The position numbers and the translations under genes were made by a program. The notes under the pieces are model-generated. The model searched no databases and had not been told where the DNA came from. It was given only the letters and a program-made list of their open reading frames with translations. Positions 7,806 to 18,473 of a stretch of 54,573 nucleotides of DNA are shown piece by piece. The stretch's first letter is position 1, and every line of letters begins with the position of its first letter. The DNA is taken from sequence record SRR31156797_1806. One strand, given 5' to 3'.

Positions 7806-9734
7806 ATGCCTATTATTACTCTTCCTGACGGTAGCCAACGTCAATTTGATAACCCAGTTTCGACTATGGATGTCGCTCTATCTATCGGCCCTGGCCTTGC
7901 GAAAGCAACGATTGCTGGTCGTGTAGATGGTAACCGTGTTGATGCTTGTGATTTAATCGAAAACGATGCAAGCCTGGAAATCATTACAGCTAAAGACGAA
8001 GTTGACGGTCTTGAGATCGTTCGTCACTCTTGTGCTCACTTGCTGGGTCATGCGCTTAAACAGCTTTACCCTGAAGCAAAAATGGCAATCGGTCCTACGA
8101 TCGACAATGGCTTCTACTACGATATCGATCTAGAAGAATCATTAACGCAAGAAGATCTTGAAAAGATTGAAAAGCGTATGCAAGAGCTGGCTAAGACTAA
8201 GTACCAAGTTATCAAGAAAAAGGTAAGCTGGCAGGAAGCGCGTGATACATTTGAATCACGTGGCGAACCATACAAAGTAGAAATCCTTGACGAAAACGTA
8301 TCTCGTGATGATCGTCCGGGTCTGTACCACCATGAAGAATACATCGACATGTGTCGTGGTCCTCATGTACCGCACATGGGCTTCTGTCAGCACTTCACTC
8401 TGCTAAATGTAGCGGGTGCATACTGGCGTGGTAACAGCGACAACAAGATGCTACAACGTATCTACGGTACTGCTTTCCATGATAAGAAAGCACTTAAAGC
8501 GCACCTGACGCGTCTTGAAGAAGCAGCGAAGCGTGACCACCGTAAACTGGGTAAGCAGCTAGACCTATTCCACATGCAACAAGAAGCACCGGGTATGGTG
8601 TTCTGGCATCACAATGGCTGGTCTGTTTTCCGTGATTTAGAAGTGTTTATCCGTGAAAAACTGACTGAATACGGTTACCAGGAAGTAAAAGGTCCTCTAA
8701 TGATGGACCGCGTTCTTTGGGAACGCTCTGGTCACTGGGACAAATACGCTGACGCAATGTTCACGACTTCTTCTGAAAACCGTGAATACGCAATTAAACC
8801 GATGAACTGTCCGGGTCACGTTCAAATCTTCAACCAAGGTTTGAAATCATACCGCGATCTACCGCTACGTATGGCGGAGTTCGGTTCATGTCACCGTAAC
8901 GAGCCATCAGGCTCTCTACACGGGATTATGCGTGTTCGTGGCTTCACACAGGATGATGCTCACATCTTCTGTACTGAAGACCAGATCCAGGAAGAAGTCA
9001 CATCTTGTATCAAGATGGTGTATGACACATACACAACTTTCGGTTTTGATAACATCGCAGTGAAACTGTCTACTCGCCCAGAACAGCGTGTAGGTAGCGA
9101 TGAAATTTGGGACCGCTCCGAAGAAGCACTAAAACTTTCTCTTGAAGCGATGGGCATTGCTTATGAAATTCAAGAAGGTGAGGGTGCATTCTACGGACCA
9201 AAAATTGAATTTACACTGCATGACTGTTTAGACCGTGCATGGCAGTGTGGTACTGTTCAGCTTGATTTCAACCTGCCATCTCGCCTTGGTGCGACATATG
9301 TGGGTGAAAATAACGAGCGTTTAGTACCAGTTATGATTCACCGTGCGATTTTAGGCTCACTTGAGCGCTTCATCGGTATTTTGATTGAAGAATATGCTGG
9401 TTTCTTCCCAACTTGGTTGGCGCCAGAACAAGCAGTTGTCATGAATATTACTGATAAACACTCTGATTACGCACATGAAGTGGCACAAAAGCTACAAAAA
9501 TGTGGAATTAGAGCAAAAGCGGACTTGAGAAATGAGAAGATAGGCTTTAAAATCCGCGAACACACTTTAAAGCGTGTACCGTATATGTTGGTTTGTGGTG
9601 ACCAAGAAATGGAAGCCGGCGAAATCGCAGTACGTACTCGTAAGGGCAAAGACCTAGGTAAGTTTAAGTTGGATGACTTTATTGAATACATCCACACCGA
9701 AGTTAAAAGCCGTAAGCTTAATCTGGAGGAATAA
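7806..9734 (+). CDS. thrS: Threonine--tRNA ligase
   Basis: 642 aa; TGS domain, [29 protein letters not shown]. Confidence 0.99.
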   Translation: MPIITLPDGSQRQFDNPVSTMDVALSIGPGLAKATIAGRVDGNRVDACDLIENDASLEIITAKDEVDGLEIVRHSCAHLLGHALKQLYPEAKMAIGPTIDNGFYYDIDLEESLTQEDLEKIEKRMQELAKTKYQVIKKKVSWQEARDTFESRGEPYKVEILDENVSRDDRPGLYHHEEYIDMCRGPHVPHMGFCQHFTLLNVAGAYWRGNSDNKMLQRIYGTAFHDKKALKAHLTRLEEAAKRDHRKLGKQLDLFHMQQEAPGMVFWHHNGWSVFRDLEVFIREKLTEYGYQEVKGPLMMDRVLWERSGHWDKYADAMFTTSSENREYAIKPMNCPGHVQIFNQGLKSYRDLPLRMAEFGSCHRNEPSGSLHGIMRVRGFTQDDAHIFCTEDQIQEEVTSCIKMVYDTYTTFGFDNIAVKLSTRPEQRVGSDEIWDRSEEALKLSLEAMGIAYEIQEGEGAFYGPKIEFTLHDCLDRAWQCGTVQLDFNLPSRLGATYVGENNERLVPVMIHRAILGSLERFIGILIEEYAGFFPTWLAPEQAVVMNITDKHSDYAHEVAQKLQKCGIRAKADLRNEKIGFKIREHTLKRVPYMLVCGDQEMEAGEIAVRTRKGKDLGKFKLDDFIEYIHTEVKSRKLNLEE

Positions 9735-9737
9735 ACT

Positions 9738-10289
9738 ATTAAAGGCGGAAGACGTGGCCAAGTACCGGCCAAGCAAAACCAGCACCGTTTAAACGGTGAA
9801 ATTCGTGGCGTTCGTGAAGTTCGTTTAACAGGCGCTGATGGTGAATCAGTTGGCGTTGTTGCAATCCAAGAAGCACTAGCTGCAGCCGAAGAAGCTGGTA
9901 TGGATCTCGTAGAGATCAGCCCTAACGCCGAGCCACCAGTTTGTCGTGTGATGGACTATGGCAAGTTCCTCTTCGAGAAGAGCAAAGCTGCGAAAGAGCA
10001 GAAGAAGAAGCAAAAACAGATCCAGATTAAGGAAGTAAAATTCCGTCCTGGGACTGATATCGGAGACTATCAGGTAAAACTACGCAACCTGACAGGTTTC
10101 CTTGAAGAAGGCAACAAAGTGAAGGTAACAATTCGCTTCCGTGGCCGAGAAATGGCTCACCAAGAGATCGGTGTTGACGTTCTAAATCGTTTGAAAGAGG
10201 ACACTGCAGAACTAGCTGTCGTTGAGTCTTTCCCAACGAGAATTGAAGGTCGTCAGATGATCATGGTGCTTGCCCCTAAGAAGAAGTAA
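9738..10289 (+). CDS. infC: Translation initiation factor IF-3 (non-canonical ATT start)
   Basis: ATT at 9738, 3 nt after thrS stop, in frame with the 9900 ORF; IKGGRR...HRLNGEIR...; GGAGG SD inside thrS end. Confidence 0.97.
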   Translation: MKGGRRGQVPAKQNQHRLNGEIRGVREVRLTGADGESVGVVAIQEALAAAEEAGMDLVEISPNAEPPVCRVMDYGKFLFEKSKAAKEQKKKQKQIQIKEVKFRPGTDIGDYQVKLRNLTGFLEEGNKVKVTIRFRGREMAHQEIGVDVLNRLKEDTAELAVVESFPTRIEGRQMIMVLAPKKK

Positions 10290-10302
10290 TTAACGGCCTA
10301 CA

Positions 10303-10360
10303 AGTAATTGAACCTAGCCGCTTTACATAAAGATGGCTGGGTTTGATTCGCCCTAATTAC
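10303..10360 (+). promoter_or_regulatory. Structured infC-rpmI intergenic RNA, likely part of L20 autoregulatory leader
   Basis: GTAATT/AATTAC outer stem enclosing AACCTAGCC/GGCTGGGTT; L20 control of rpmI-rplT is established in gammaproteobacteria. Confidence 0.55.
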
Positions 10361-10397
10361 GTGTTTATTAAACTACTACAATGCGGAGTTATTCATC

Positions 10398-10592
10398 ATG
10401 CCTAAGATGAAAAACAACAAAGGTGCTGCTAAGCGTTTCAAGAAAACTGCTGGTGGCTTTAAATACAAACACGCTACAAAACGTCACATCCTGACTAAGC
10501 GTACTACTAAGAACAAGCGTCAGCTTCGTCCAAACTCAATTCTTCCTAAGTGTGAAGTTGCGGGTATCGTTCGTTGCCTACCATACGCTTAA
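10398..10592 (+). CDS. rpmI: 50S ribosomal protein L35
   Basis: [17 protein letters not shown]...HILTK. Confidence 0.99.
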   Translation: MPKMKNNKGAAKRFKKTAGGFKYKHATKRHILTKRTTKNKRQLRPNSILPKCEVAGIVRCLPYA

Positions 10593-10634
10593 TTTGTTTT
10601 TAGTTTTTAATTCGTTTAGTTTAGGAGAAGCATA

Positions 10635-10988
10635 ATGCCTCGCGTAAAACGTGGTGTACAAGCTCGTGCACGTCATAAGAAAGTTCTAAAACAAGCTAAA
10701 GGTTACTACGGAGCACGTTCACGTGTTTACCGCGTAGCTTTCCAAGCTGTTACTAAAGCTGGTCAATACGCATACCGTGACCGTCGTACTAAGAAACGTC
10801 AATTCCGTCAACTATGGATTGCACGTATCAATGCGGCATCTCGTCAAAATGGTCTATCTTACAGCCGTTTCATCAACGGTCTTAAGAAAGCATCTATCGA
10901 GATCGATCGTAAGATCCTTGCGGACATCGCAGTATTCGACAAAGCAGCATTTACTGTTTTAGTTGAAAAAGCGAAAGCTGCACTTTAA
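10635..10988 (+). CDS. rplT: 50S ribosomal protein L20
   Basis: [16 protein letters not shown]...[12 protein letters not shown]. Confidence 0.99.
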   Translation: MPRVKRGVQARARHKKVLKQAKGYYGARSRVYRVAFQAVTKAGQYAYRDRRTKKRQFRQLWIARINAASRQNGLSYSRFINGLKKASIEIDRKILADIAVFDKAAFTVLVEKAKAAL

Positions 10989-11006
10989 TTAGCGGTTAAG
11001 TTTTGT

Positions 11007-11036
11007 AAAAAGGAGAGCATTAGCTCTCCTTTTTTT
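11007..11036 (+). terminator. rplT terminator (bidirectional type)
   Basis: AAAAAGGAGAGC-atta-GCTCTCCTTTTTTT. Confidence 0.93.
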
Positions 11037-11299
11037 ATCTGCGTATATTGTGTTTCAGTTTATAGGACTGTTATGCACAGCCTAGTGCTATTAACTTACT
11101 GCCGACCTTTCTCATATCACTCACGACTTTGTTAACTTATTCGATGCCTTACGTTCATTATTCTAATGTTTGTTATCGTTGGCTCCGACGCCGATGAAAT
11201 AAACCAAGACAATGACACGTTTGCAGTAGAGTCAGGTGCTAATTTAATGTAAGTTGTTGCATAAAGAATTAAACACTGACCAAATGCAAAGGAAGATGG

Positions 11300-11749
11300 G
11301 TGAAAGGAAGTTGTTTATGTGGTTCTATCGCGTTTGAGTTGTCAGGCGATTTACCCCCGATATATCAATGTCATTGCTCTTTGTGCCGAAAGGTATCTGG
11401 TTCATCTTCGAACTCAGCATTAATCGTCCCTTCTAAGCGTTTTAAATGGACAGCGGGCGAAAAACATATCCGTTCTTATTCAAGTCCTTCCGGTTTCAAA
11501 TCCGATTTTTGTGCTCAATGTGGCAGCCCATTCCCCAATATCAGTTCTAATGGTGACGCTTATTGGGTACCTGCGGGTTTGTTATCAGAAATGGTTGATA
11601 CAAGAGTTGCCGCGCATGTTTATGTTGGTTCACGAGCAAACTGGGATGTTGGATTCAAAGATGACAATATTGCTCAGTTTGAAGAGATGCCTTCGGAGCA
11701 TGATTGGCAAAAGCTTTGCCAGAATATTCGTGCCAACAAAGCTCAATAA
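11300..11749 (+). CDS. GFA family protein (CENP-V/GFA Zn-binding)
   Basis: GSCLCG, CHCSLCRK, FCAQCGS; GTG start with AAGGAAG SD. Confidence 0.93.
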   Translation: MKGSCLCGSIAFELSGDLPPIYQCHCSLCRKVSGSSSNSALIVPSKRFKWTAGEKHIRSYSSPSGFKSDFCAQCGSPFPNISSNGDAYWVPAGLLSEMVDTRVAAHVYVGSRANWDVGFKDDNIAQFEEMPSEHDWQKLCQNIRANKAQ

Positions 11750-11775
11750 TAAGTCGTTCAGTTAAGGAGTAAATT

Positions 11776-12111
11776 TTGCCTCATTGTATTGTTGAACATT
11801 CACCTTGTGTTGATGCTCAAGAATTGAATCACAAAGTGTTTATGGGGGCGCTAGCGTCGGGATTATTTGCTTCTGATGGCAGTGATATAAAAGTGCGTAG
11901 TATCGCGTACCAGCACTATCAGACAGGTGCAGTTAAAGAAGACTTCATCCATGTTGGACTGCGTATACTTTCGGGACGTAGCGACGCTGAGAAGTTGAGT
12001 CTATCTCAAAGTGTTCTGGCCCAATTGGAATCTCTCAATTTATCAAAGGCATCCCTGACGGTTGAGATTGTTGATATGGATAGGGATAGTTACAGTAAGA
12101 AGATTGTTTAA
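11776..12111 (+). CDS. 5-carboxymethyl-2-hydroxymuconate isomerase-like tautomerase
   Basis: N-terminal catalytic Pro (MPH), DIKVR, FIHV..RILSGR. Confidence 0.88.
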   Translation: MPHCIVEHSPCVDAQELNHKVFMGALASGLFASDGSDIKVRSIAYQHYQTGAVKEDFIHVGLRILSGRSDAEKLSLSQSVLAQLESLNLSKASLTVEIVDMDRDSYSKKIV

Positions 12112-12119
12112 TCGTTGAG

Positions 12120-12602
12120 TTGAATATGGAACTTAGAGCATTTGATACCACGGACTTCCAGACGTTAATCGATTGGATTGACTCAGATAAACTGAACTAT
12201 CTATGGGGTGGCCCTAGCTTTAAGTTCCCTTTAGATCGTAGCCAGCTAAGTAAGCACTGCGCCTTGCCTCACGTTTATCCTTTTATGTTTGAAGTTGATA
12301 AACACAATGTAGGGTATGCTGAACTGTACAAGGTGTCAGATACGCATTTTAGGCTGTGTCGCGTTTTTGTCTCTCTGGAGTTTCGCGGTAGAGGATTAGC
12401 GAAACAGATGCTGCAAGCACTGATTGAGTTTGCCCAAACCAACCTTGATGCTCGTGAACTCTCTCTGGCTGTTTTTGAGCACAATCGTGTTGCTAAGAAC
12501 TGTTATGAATCACTGGGTTTTACCGTGATTTCTCAAGAGCAAGGAACCCGCTCATTTGAGGGCGAAAGTTGGGACCTACTACGTATGAGCAAGCCTTTGT
12601 AA
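12120..12602 (+). CDS. GNAT family N-acetyltransferase
   Basis: FRGRGLA acetyl-CoA motif; N..A...YESLGF; start may be ATG 12126. Confidence 0.92.
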   Translation: MNMELRAFDTTDFQTLIDWIDSDKLNYLWGGPSFKFPLDRSQLSKHCALPHVYPFMFEVDKHNVGYAELYKVSDTHFRLCRVFVSLEFRGRGLAKQMLQALIEFAQTNLDARELSLAVFEHNRVAKNCYESLGFTVISQEQGTRSFEGESWDLLRMSKPL

Positions 12603-12777
12603 AGGACAGTGTTGAACACTGATAGTTTAATTAGTGGCTAATTGGGATGAAACGACAAGGGTTTTAGGCATAACGACTGAGTATGCATTACGCTTTAGAA
12701 AGAAGTAGAAGCGTCAGTGCGCAAAAAACGAGTTCTATCGATTAAACACTTACACAGTATTTATATGTCGGAGATTT

Positions 12778-13203
12778 ATGGCAATTTCATTTCAACCTAC
12801 CAAAGATTTCTCTAAGTCCGCAGATATTACTTTTAATAATATGCGCTCCTACTATGAACATTATTCCGTCGATTGGAAGCAGCCCAAAATATTGGAACAG
12901 ATCTTTAGGTTGGAAAACTGGGACATTTTATTAGATGGCGAAGTTGTTGGTGCGATCAGACTTCAATTTGATGTTGATGGCTGTTATCTAAGAGACCTTC
13001 AGGTCAGCGAAGATTATCAAAATCAAGGTGTTGGCGCAGAAGCATTACAACAAACGATGCGCATTGCGAGTGAATCGGGTTCAAAATTGCTTAAATTGAG
13101 AGTGTTTAAAATTAGCCCTGCCTATGGCTTGTATATCCGATGCGGATTTACCGTATCCAGTGAGGATGAAAAGTTCATCAATATGGTGAAAGAGATCGGT
13201 TAA
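12778..13203 (+). CDS. GNAT family N-acetyltransferase
   Basis: YQNQGVG motif; PAYGLYIRCGF. Confidence 0.9.
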   Translation: MAISFQPTKDFSKSADITFNNMRSYYEHYSVDWKQPKILEQIFRLENWDILLDGEVVGAIRLQFDVDGCYLRDLQVSEDYQNQGVGAEALQQTMRIASESGSKLLKLRVFKISPAYGLYIRCGFTVSSEDEKFINMVKEIG

Positions 13204-13368
13204 CTCCATTGTTTGTTTTGGCTTTTCGCTTCTAGACCTGCATTGAATTGTGAGTATCGGTTCACAAGTTATAAATTTATACTGGATCTCCTAATTGTTA
13301 TGCATATTATTGCATTTAAATTCCATGTGTTTGTTCGTTTGTTGACAACCAAACAAAGGGTTATAGCA

Positions 13369-13767
13369 ATGATTACCGCACTAGATTTTCATGTCAGTAA
13401 AGTGGCATTTGGTTTTAAGAAAGACGACTACCCATTAGCACGAATTAGAAATGCGAGAGTGAAGCAAAATACGCTAGTGGATCATCTAGTTAGAGTTTTT
13501 TGTATCGGTTTATTGGTATCCAGTATTGTTTGGATTATATGCCCACCCGATTTCGGTTATTGGTCAGGGCCTTTGGCAATATCCATCGGTTTGGCTATCG
13601 GGCTTTTGACCACGAGAAAGTATGAACTTCAGGTTGAGTTTCAACACGATGATGAAACAGGATTGCAGTGGATTTCAATCGCTAAAACCAATAAAAAAGA
13701 GGTTAAGCACCTCTTTGAGCAACAAGTTGACACGATTCTTCAACAGATTAGGTTGAGAACCCGTTGA
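13369..13767 (+). CDS. Hypothetical membrane protein (two TM segments)
   Basis: Probable start ATG 13369 (AAAGGG upstream) within ORF 13213..13767; central two hydrophobic helices. Confidence 0.65.
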   Translation: MITALDFHVSKVAFGFKKDDYPLARIRNARVKQNTLVDHLVRVFCIGLLVSSIVWIICPPDFGYWSGPLAISIGLAIGLLTTRKYELQVEFQHDDETGLQWISIAKTNKKEVKHLFEQQVDTILQQIRLRTR

Positions 13768-14028
13768 ATTTTATGCGGTTTAAATAGCCGTTAAAGTACC
13801 AATTTCTGGACCGTTATACCGCTTTTAATCGAGCAACTTATAAAGACTAAGCAGGCCAGAAATATCGTGAGTCCCATCTAACCACTTACCCTTCTTTTAC
13901 GAAGTAGATTCATTCCAAGCTAATGGGCTTTGTGAACGTTATAGTATTGACTTAAAGGCGAATATGTTCGCGCGACAAGTTTTGCTTTAGTATCATGGCA
14001 TTAAAGTCATTAATAAAAGTATTACCCT

Positions 14029-14364
14029 ATGTCATTACCTGATTGCCCTAATTGCCATTCAGAATATGTTTATCAAGATCAAAACCATTTAGTCTGTCCT
14101 GAGTGTGCTTATGAATGGAATCCTAAAGAGTTAGCTGATGAGAGTTCGCCATCGGTAAAAGATGCCAATGGAACATTACTGGTTGAGGGTGACAGAGTAA
14201 CATTAGCGAAAGACCTTAAAGTAAAAGGCAGCTCTCTGATATTAAAAATCGGTACCAAAGCGGTGATCAAACGTATCGTTGATGGAAAAGATCATCAATT
14301 GGATTGTAAAGTCGAGGGGGCGGGTGAAATGATGGTAACCGCTCAATTTGTAAAGAAAGCCTAA
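14029..14364 (+). CDS. Zinc-ribbon protein YjdM/PhnA family
   Basis: CPNC..EYVY...[25 protein letters not shown]. Confidence 0.93.
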   Translation: MSLPDCPNCHSEYVYQDQNHLVCPECAYEWNPKELADESSPSVKDANGTLLVEGDRVTLAKDLKVKGSSLILKIGTKAVIKRIVDGKDHQLDCKVEGAGEMMVTAQFVKKA

Positions 14365-14423
14365 TTCTCTGTTGTGAGTAAAAGCAGTGAATAGACTTCG
14401 TCACCAATACGAGCAGGGAAGCA

Positions 14424-14699
14424 ATGTCGAAAGTCATATTGAAAGGATACATTAAGGTTCCAGAATCAGAGTTGTTCATCGTAATTTCTGCTTTAGAAAC
14501 GCACAAGATATTGACGTTGCAAGAGCCTGGATGTTTAGTTTTTGAAGTCACACAGCGTAAAGATAGTCCTCATATCTTTGATGTCTATGAAGAGTTCATA
14601 GATAAACCCTCATTTGAGCTTCACCAACAGCGAGTTAAGTCTTCCTCTTGGGGAGAGGTAACCGTTAATGTCGAACGCCACTATCAACTCATTGAATAA
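14424..14699 (+). CDS. Antibiotic-biosynthesis-monooxygenase (putative quinol monooxygenase) family
   Basis: EPGCLVFEV, FDVYEEF, FELHQ. Confidence 0.88.
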   Translation: MSKVILKGYIKVPESELFIVISALETHKILTLQEPGCLVFEVTQRKDSPHIFDVYEEFIDKPSFELHQQRVKSSSWGEVTVNVERHYQLIE

Positions 14700-14761
14700 A
14701 CGATTTTAAACTAGTCTTAATGACAACAGGTTTGTATTAAATCAAGAGTAAGGAATCAATC

Positions 14762-15124
14762 ATGAAACAGCATGAGAAGCTTAATTACGTAGAGTTTGCA
14801 GCCCAAGACTTAGTGGCCACCAAGTCGTTCTTTACCATGGTTTTTGGGTGGGAGTTTGAAGATTACGGCCCTGATTATATGGCTTTTTCCAATCAAGGTT
14901 TGGATGGTGGATTTTATAAAGCGGATGCTTGTAGTCAAACTTCGAATGGTGGCGCATTATTAGTTTTTTATAGTGCGAATCTCCAGCAGACATTCGACAA
15001 AGTAATACTCAACGGTGGTGAAATCGTTCGTCCAATATTTGATTTCCCCGGTGGCTGTCGCTTTCATTTTAGTGAACCAAGCGGGAATGAGTTTGCGGTT
15101 TGGTCAGAAACTGCTGGTGAATAA
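14762..15124 (+). CDS. VOC/glyoxalase family protein
   Basis: NYVEF, FFTMVFGWEF, FPGGCRFHFSEPSGNEFAVW. Confidence 0.92.
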   Translation: MKQHEKLNYVEFAAQDLVATKSFFTMVFGWEFEDYGPDYMAFSNQGLDGGFYKADACSQTSNGGALLVFYSANLQQTFDKVILNGGEIVRPIFDFPGGCRFHFSEPSGNEFAVWSETAGE

Positions 15125-15252
15125 CGAGTACTCACCGTAATTTAACGGTTTGGCTGTAGAGAAAAACTCACGAATTGTTGAGAGTCAGTCACCCCGCTTA
15201 TTTAATAAACACTGCTCCTAGTATGTGTTGAACCTTACACCAAGGAAAGTTT

Positions 15253-15717
15253 ATGGAACCCCGTAGTCAGCAATTTTTGCAAAACTATTTAGACTCTCTA
15301 CCTCAGGATAAGAAGCAACAATACACATCTTTTAGTAGTGACTATTTCTGTGCTGATGAATACAACGCAAATGTATGTGCAGACCTAATCATGAAAGGAG
15401 AAAAGCGTGCTTCTTGTAGTATGGAGTATTGGTATAGCCATGAAGGCGAACTCATGCCTCAAGTTGGACATTTGCAAGTCGTTACCGACTGGAATGGAAC
15501 TCCCAAGTGCATTATTGAAATTACTTCCGTAGATACCTGTAAATATTGCGATGTCACCGAAGAATTCGCATCAGCAGAGGGAGAAGGGGACAAAACGTTG
15601 GAATGGTGGCGAGAAGCCCACTGGAAGTTCTTTTCGCTGGAGTGTGAAGAGTTAAACATTACGCCAAGTGAAGAAATGCTGTTGGTGCTAGAACGTTTCA
15701 CCGTTGTACATCAGTAA
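15253..15717 (+). CDS. ASCH domain protein
   Basis: GEKRASCS, EGEGDKTLEWWREAH. Confidence 0.92.
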   Translation: MEPRSQQFLQNYLDSLPQDKKQQYTSFSSDYFCADEYNANVCADLIMKGEKRASCSMEYWYSHEGELMPQVGHLQVVTDWNGTPKCIIEITSVDTCKYCDVTEEFASAEGEGDKTLEWWREAHWKFFSLECEELNITPSEEMLLVLERFTVVHQ

Positions 15718-15736
15718 TAATGAATGGGAGCCTAAA

Positions 15737-16354
15737 ATGAATCAATGGGTCGAGTGGGTTAAGCAGTTACAATCGATCGGACAGGCCGGTCTGGCGTATT
15801 CAAAAGATAAGTTTGACTTGGAACGCTTTGAACAACTGAATGCGATTTCACATAAGATGTTTGCTGAGTTATCGAATACGCCAGTAGAGCGAGTGACCGA
15901 ATTGTTCATCCCGGAAACGGGGTATCCGACACCAAAAGTTGACTTAAGAGCTGCCGTCATTAAAGACAATAAGATCCTGTTGGTGAAAGAAAGAGAAGAT
16001 GACTGCTGGTCTCTACCTGGTGGTTGGGCAGATACGTGTGAAACACCATCACAGGGTATCGTCAGAGAAGTGTTGGAAGAATCAGGCTATGTAGTGAGTT
16101 CGCCCCGATTAGTGGCAGTTAAAGACAGAGATGTACACCCGTATTACCCTAAGTTTCCCTATCACATCTACAAAATGTTTTTCCTATGCGAATTTGAGGC
16201 TGGTGAAGCAACAACCAATATAGAGATTTCTGATATTGGTTTCTTTGCTTTGGATGAGTTGCCTCAGCTGTCTGAAGGTCGCGTTTTACCCAGCGATATC
16301 AAACTTATGTTTGAATATCTTAGTGACCCAGATAAGCCAGTATACGTTGACTAG
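15737..16354 (+). CDS. NUDIX hydrolase with N-terminal Nudix_N domain
   Basis: GYPTPKVD, Nudix box GGWADTCETPSQGIVREVLEESGY; start ATG 15737 with GGGAG SD. Confidence 0.92.
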   Translation: MNQWVEWVKQLQSIGQAGLAYSKDKFDLERFEQLNAISHKMFAELSNTPVERVTELFIPETGYPTPKVDLRAAVIKDNKILLVKEREDDCWSLPGGWADTCETPSQGIVREVLEESGYVVSSPRLVAVKDRDVHPYYPKFPYHIYKMFFLCEFEAGEATTNIEISDIGFFALDELPQLSEGRVLPSDIKLMFEYLSDPDKPVYVD

Positions 16355-16406
16355 CTATGAGTGGCGCGCCGACCTTTTTGTCTGCGCGCCAATTATTGAT
16401 TTAAGG

Positions 16407-16618
16407 TTATACTTTAAATTGTGACACCATCTCATTGAGCTGCTCTGCCAGACGAGCGATTTCCGAGCTAGAGCTACGAGTTTGGTTAGAGGCGACGGCG
16501 TTTTCCTCTGCAATGTTTTTTACGTTTACCACATTTTGGTTAATCGTCTCCGCAACAGAGCTTTGCTCCTCTGACGCACTAGCAATCTGCATGTTCATGT
16601 CATTAATTACTGAGATTA
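16407..16618 (-). pseudogene. Isolated C-terminal fragment of a methyl-accepting chemotaxis protein
   Basis: ISVINDMNMQIASASEEQSSVAETINQNV...LAEQLNEMVSQFKV is the MCP methylation-helix tail; upstream frame loses similarity and hits a stop; signalling tip absent. Confidence 0.88.
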
Positions 16619-16787
16619 TTTGAAGGCTGACGGTAAACCATCGGGTGAAATGGAGGTTACTGGATGTAAATCATATGGTTAATCGAACATTAAGGTTGAT
16701 TGTTAGTGGGTTAAATAATACGTTCAATGAATAGTCCTTTGAGCAGCATGATTTGGTGTGCTGAACAACCTTAGTTAAGTGTGGAAA

Positions 16788-17264
16788 ATGGTTACGATAG
16801 AAAAATATACCTCGAATAGACAAGATGAAGCTGCTCTATTAAGAGTTAAAACCGAGCAAGCGCAGTTCACGGTTTCCAACGTTCCTGAAACCGTCGCGGG
16901 GTTGAGTGACGATGAACATCCTCACTTGATTATCTACGACAACAAAGTGGTGGGCTTTTTCTTGTTGGATTTGGGGTATAGCAAAAAGTATCAATTTGGT
17001 GATGCTGTCGCTATTGGGGTGAGAGCGTTATTGATTGACGAACGTTACCAAGGTAAAGGCATTGCCAAGACAGCGATTCAATCTCTATCCGCTTATGTAA
17101 GCCATCATTATCCGCAGTTTGACGTTATGCAATTGACGGTTAACTGCCGTAATGTTCCTGCGTATCAATGCTACTTAAAATCCGGCTTTGAGGATACAGG
17201 CTCTCTATATCACGGTGGCCCGGTTGGGCCTCAACACATCATGCAGCACCAGTTAAAACGCTAA
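16788..17264 (+). CDS. GNAT family N-acetyltransferase
   Basis: YQGKGIA, LTVNCRN..AYQCYLKSGF. Confidence 0.92.
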   Translation: MVTIEKYTSNRQDEAALLRVKTEQAQFTVSNVPETVAGLSDDEHPHLIIYDNKVVGFFLLDLGYSKKYQFGDAVAIGVRALLIDERYQGKGIAKTAIQSLSAYVSHHYPQFDVMQLTVNCRNVPAYQCYLKSGFEDTGSLYHGGPVGPQHIMQHQLKR

Positions 17265-17299
17265 ACAATAGCTTTTTTGGGGCGCGTAGGAGGTACTGG

Positions 17300-17506
17300 G
17301 TGAACAAAAATACCGATCAAGACATTCAATATACGCCGGATTCTCCCTGTATACGTCAATGCTGCCTAGATGAGCAGGATATTTGTGTTGGCTGCTATCG
17401 GACACTGCAAGAGATCGTCAATTGGAGTGCTTGTACTGATGAACAAAAAATAGCGATTAACCAACAATGTAAGATTCGTAAGGAGCAACGTCCAAGACGT
17501 TACTAA
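17300..17506 (+). CDS. DUF1289-type small Cys-rich protein
   Basis: SPCIRQCCLD...CVGCYRTLQEI..W. Confidence 0.88.
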   Translation: MNKNTDQDIQYTPDSPCIRQCCLDEQDICVGCYRTLQEIVNWSACTDEQKIAINQQCKIRKEQRPRRY

Positions 17507-17521
17507 GTAAGAGGAAGCCAT

Positions 17522-18013
17522 ATGACAGTCACGATACGCAGAGCCGAACCATCAGATGCGAAGGCCATACAACAAATCTACCAGAGTAAAAACGCGTATA
17601 CCGGTACATTGCAACTTCCTCACCCTTCATTAGAAATGTGGGAGAAACGAATTTCAAATGTCCCAGATAACGTTTATGCCTATGTTGCTTTGATTGAAGG
17701 TGAGGTAGTGGGCAATTTAGGATTTGAAGTTTGTTCTAATCCGAGACGACGTCACGTTGCTTCTTTTGGTATGGGAGTGCGTGACGATAAGCAAGGGCTA
17801 GGGATAGGTAGCGCGTTGTTAGCTACGGTCGTTGATTTGGCTGATAATTGGTTGAACTTAAAACGAATGGAGTTAACGGTTTACGTCGATAATCAGGCTG
17901 CTATTGGCTTGTATCAAAAATTTGGTTTTGAAATAGAAGGGGAATCAAAGGATTTTGCCTTTAGAGATGGGAAGTATGTCAACGTTTACCATATGGCTCG
18001 TGTCATCAGTTAA
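17522..18013 (+). CDS. GNAT acetyltransferase, YhhY-like
   Basis: GTLQLPHPS, QGLGIG, DLADNWLNLKRMELTV. Confidence 0.92.
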   Translation: MTVTIRRAEPSDAKAIQQIYQSKNAYTGTLQLPHPSLEMWEKRISNVPDNVYAYVALIEGEVVGNLGFEVCSNPRRRHVASFGMGVRDDKQGLGIGSALLATVVDLADNWLNLKRMELTVYVDNQAAIGLYQKFGFEIEGESKDFAFRDGKYVNVYHMARVIS

Positions 18014-18038
18014 CCGTCGTCAGAGAAAAGGTAAGTGA

Positions 18039-18473
18039 ATGGTTACGATACGGGAAATGGAAATTACGGACTACCAAGCCGTAACGACGCTCTGGGCTGA
18101 GACGGAAAGTCTGTCATTAAGAGATGCTGATTCGCAACACAATATCCAATTGTATTTAGAGCGAAACAAGGGGCTCAGTTTTGTCGCTCTTGATGATTCA
18201 GAGATTATTGGCGCTGTGCTGGTTGGTACTGATGGTCGTAGAGGTTATTTGCAGCACTTAGCGGTAAGTTCACAATATCGCGGTTGTGGTATTGGCAAGC
18301 GGTTGATTAACCAAGCCACAGAATCGTTGGCTGCGATTGGCATTGCTAAAACGCATCTGTTTGTGTTGAGTGATAACCAAGAGGCTCAGGGGTTTTATAC
18401 CAAACTCGGTTGGTTTCCAAGGGACGAAGTGCGGATGTTTTCATTTAATAGCTCTGAAAACTTAAATGTGTAG
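18039..18473 (+). CDS. GNAT acetyltransferase, YpeA-like
   Basis: GTDGRRGYLQHLAV, YRGCGIG. Confidence 0.9.
   Translation: MVTIREMEITDYQAVTTLWAETESLSLRDADSQHNIQLYLERNKGLSFVALDDSEIIGAVLVGTDGRRGYLQHLAVSSQYRGCGIGKRLINQATESLAAIGIAKTHLFVLSDNQEAQGFYTKLGWFPRDEVRMFSFNSSENLNV

Noticed and set aside
11068..11080. CTGT...ACAG resembling the integron-integrase LexA box
   Set aside because: Spacer too short (CTG-N7-CAG rather than N10)
12669..12770. GCATAAC attC-like left end
   Set aside because: Not at a stop codon; no matching right end or hairpin
15122..15234. TAAC...GTTGAAC bracket of attC-like length after the VOC gene
   Set aside because: No complementary L boxes or arms and not repeated elsewhere
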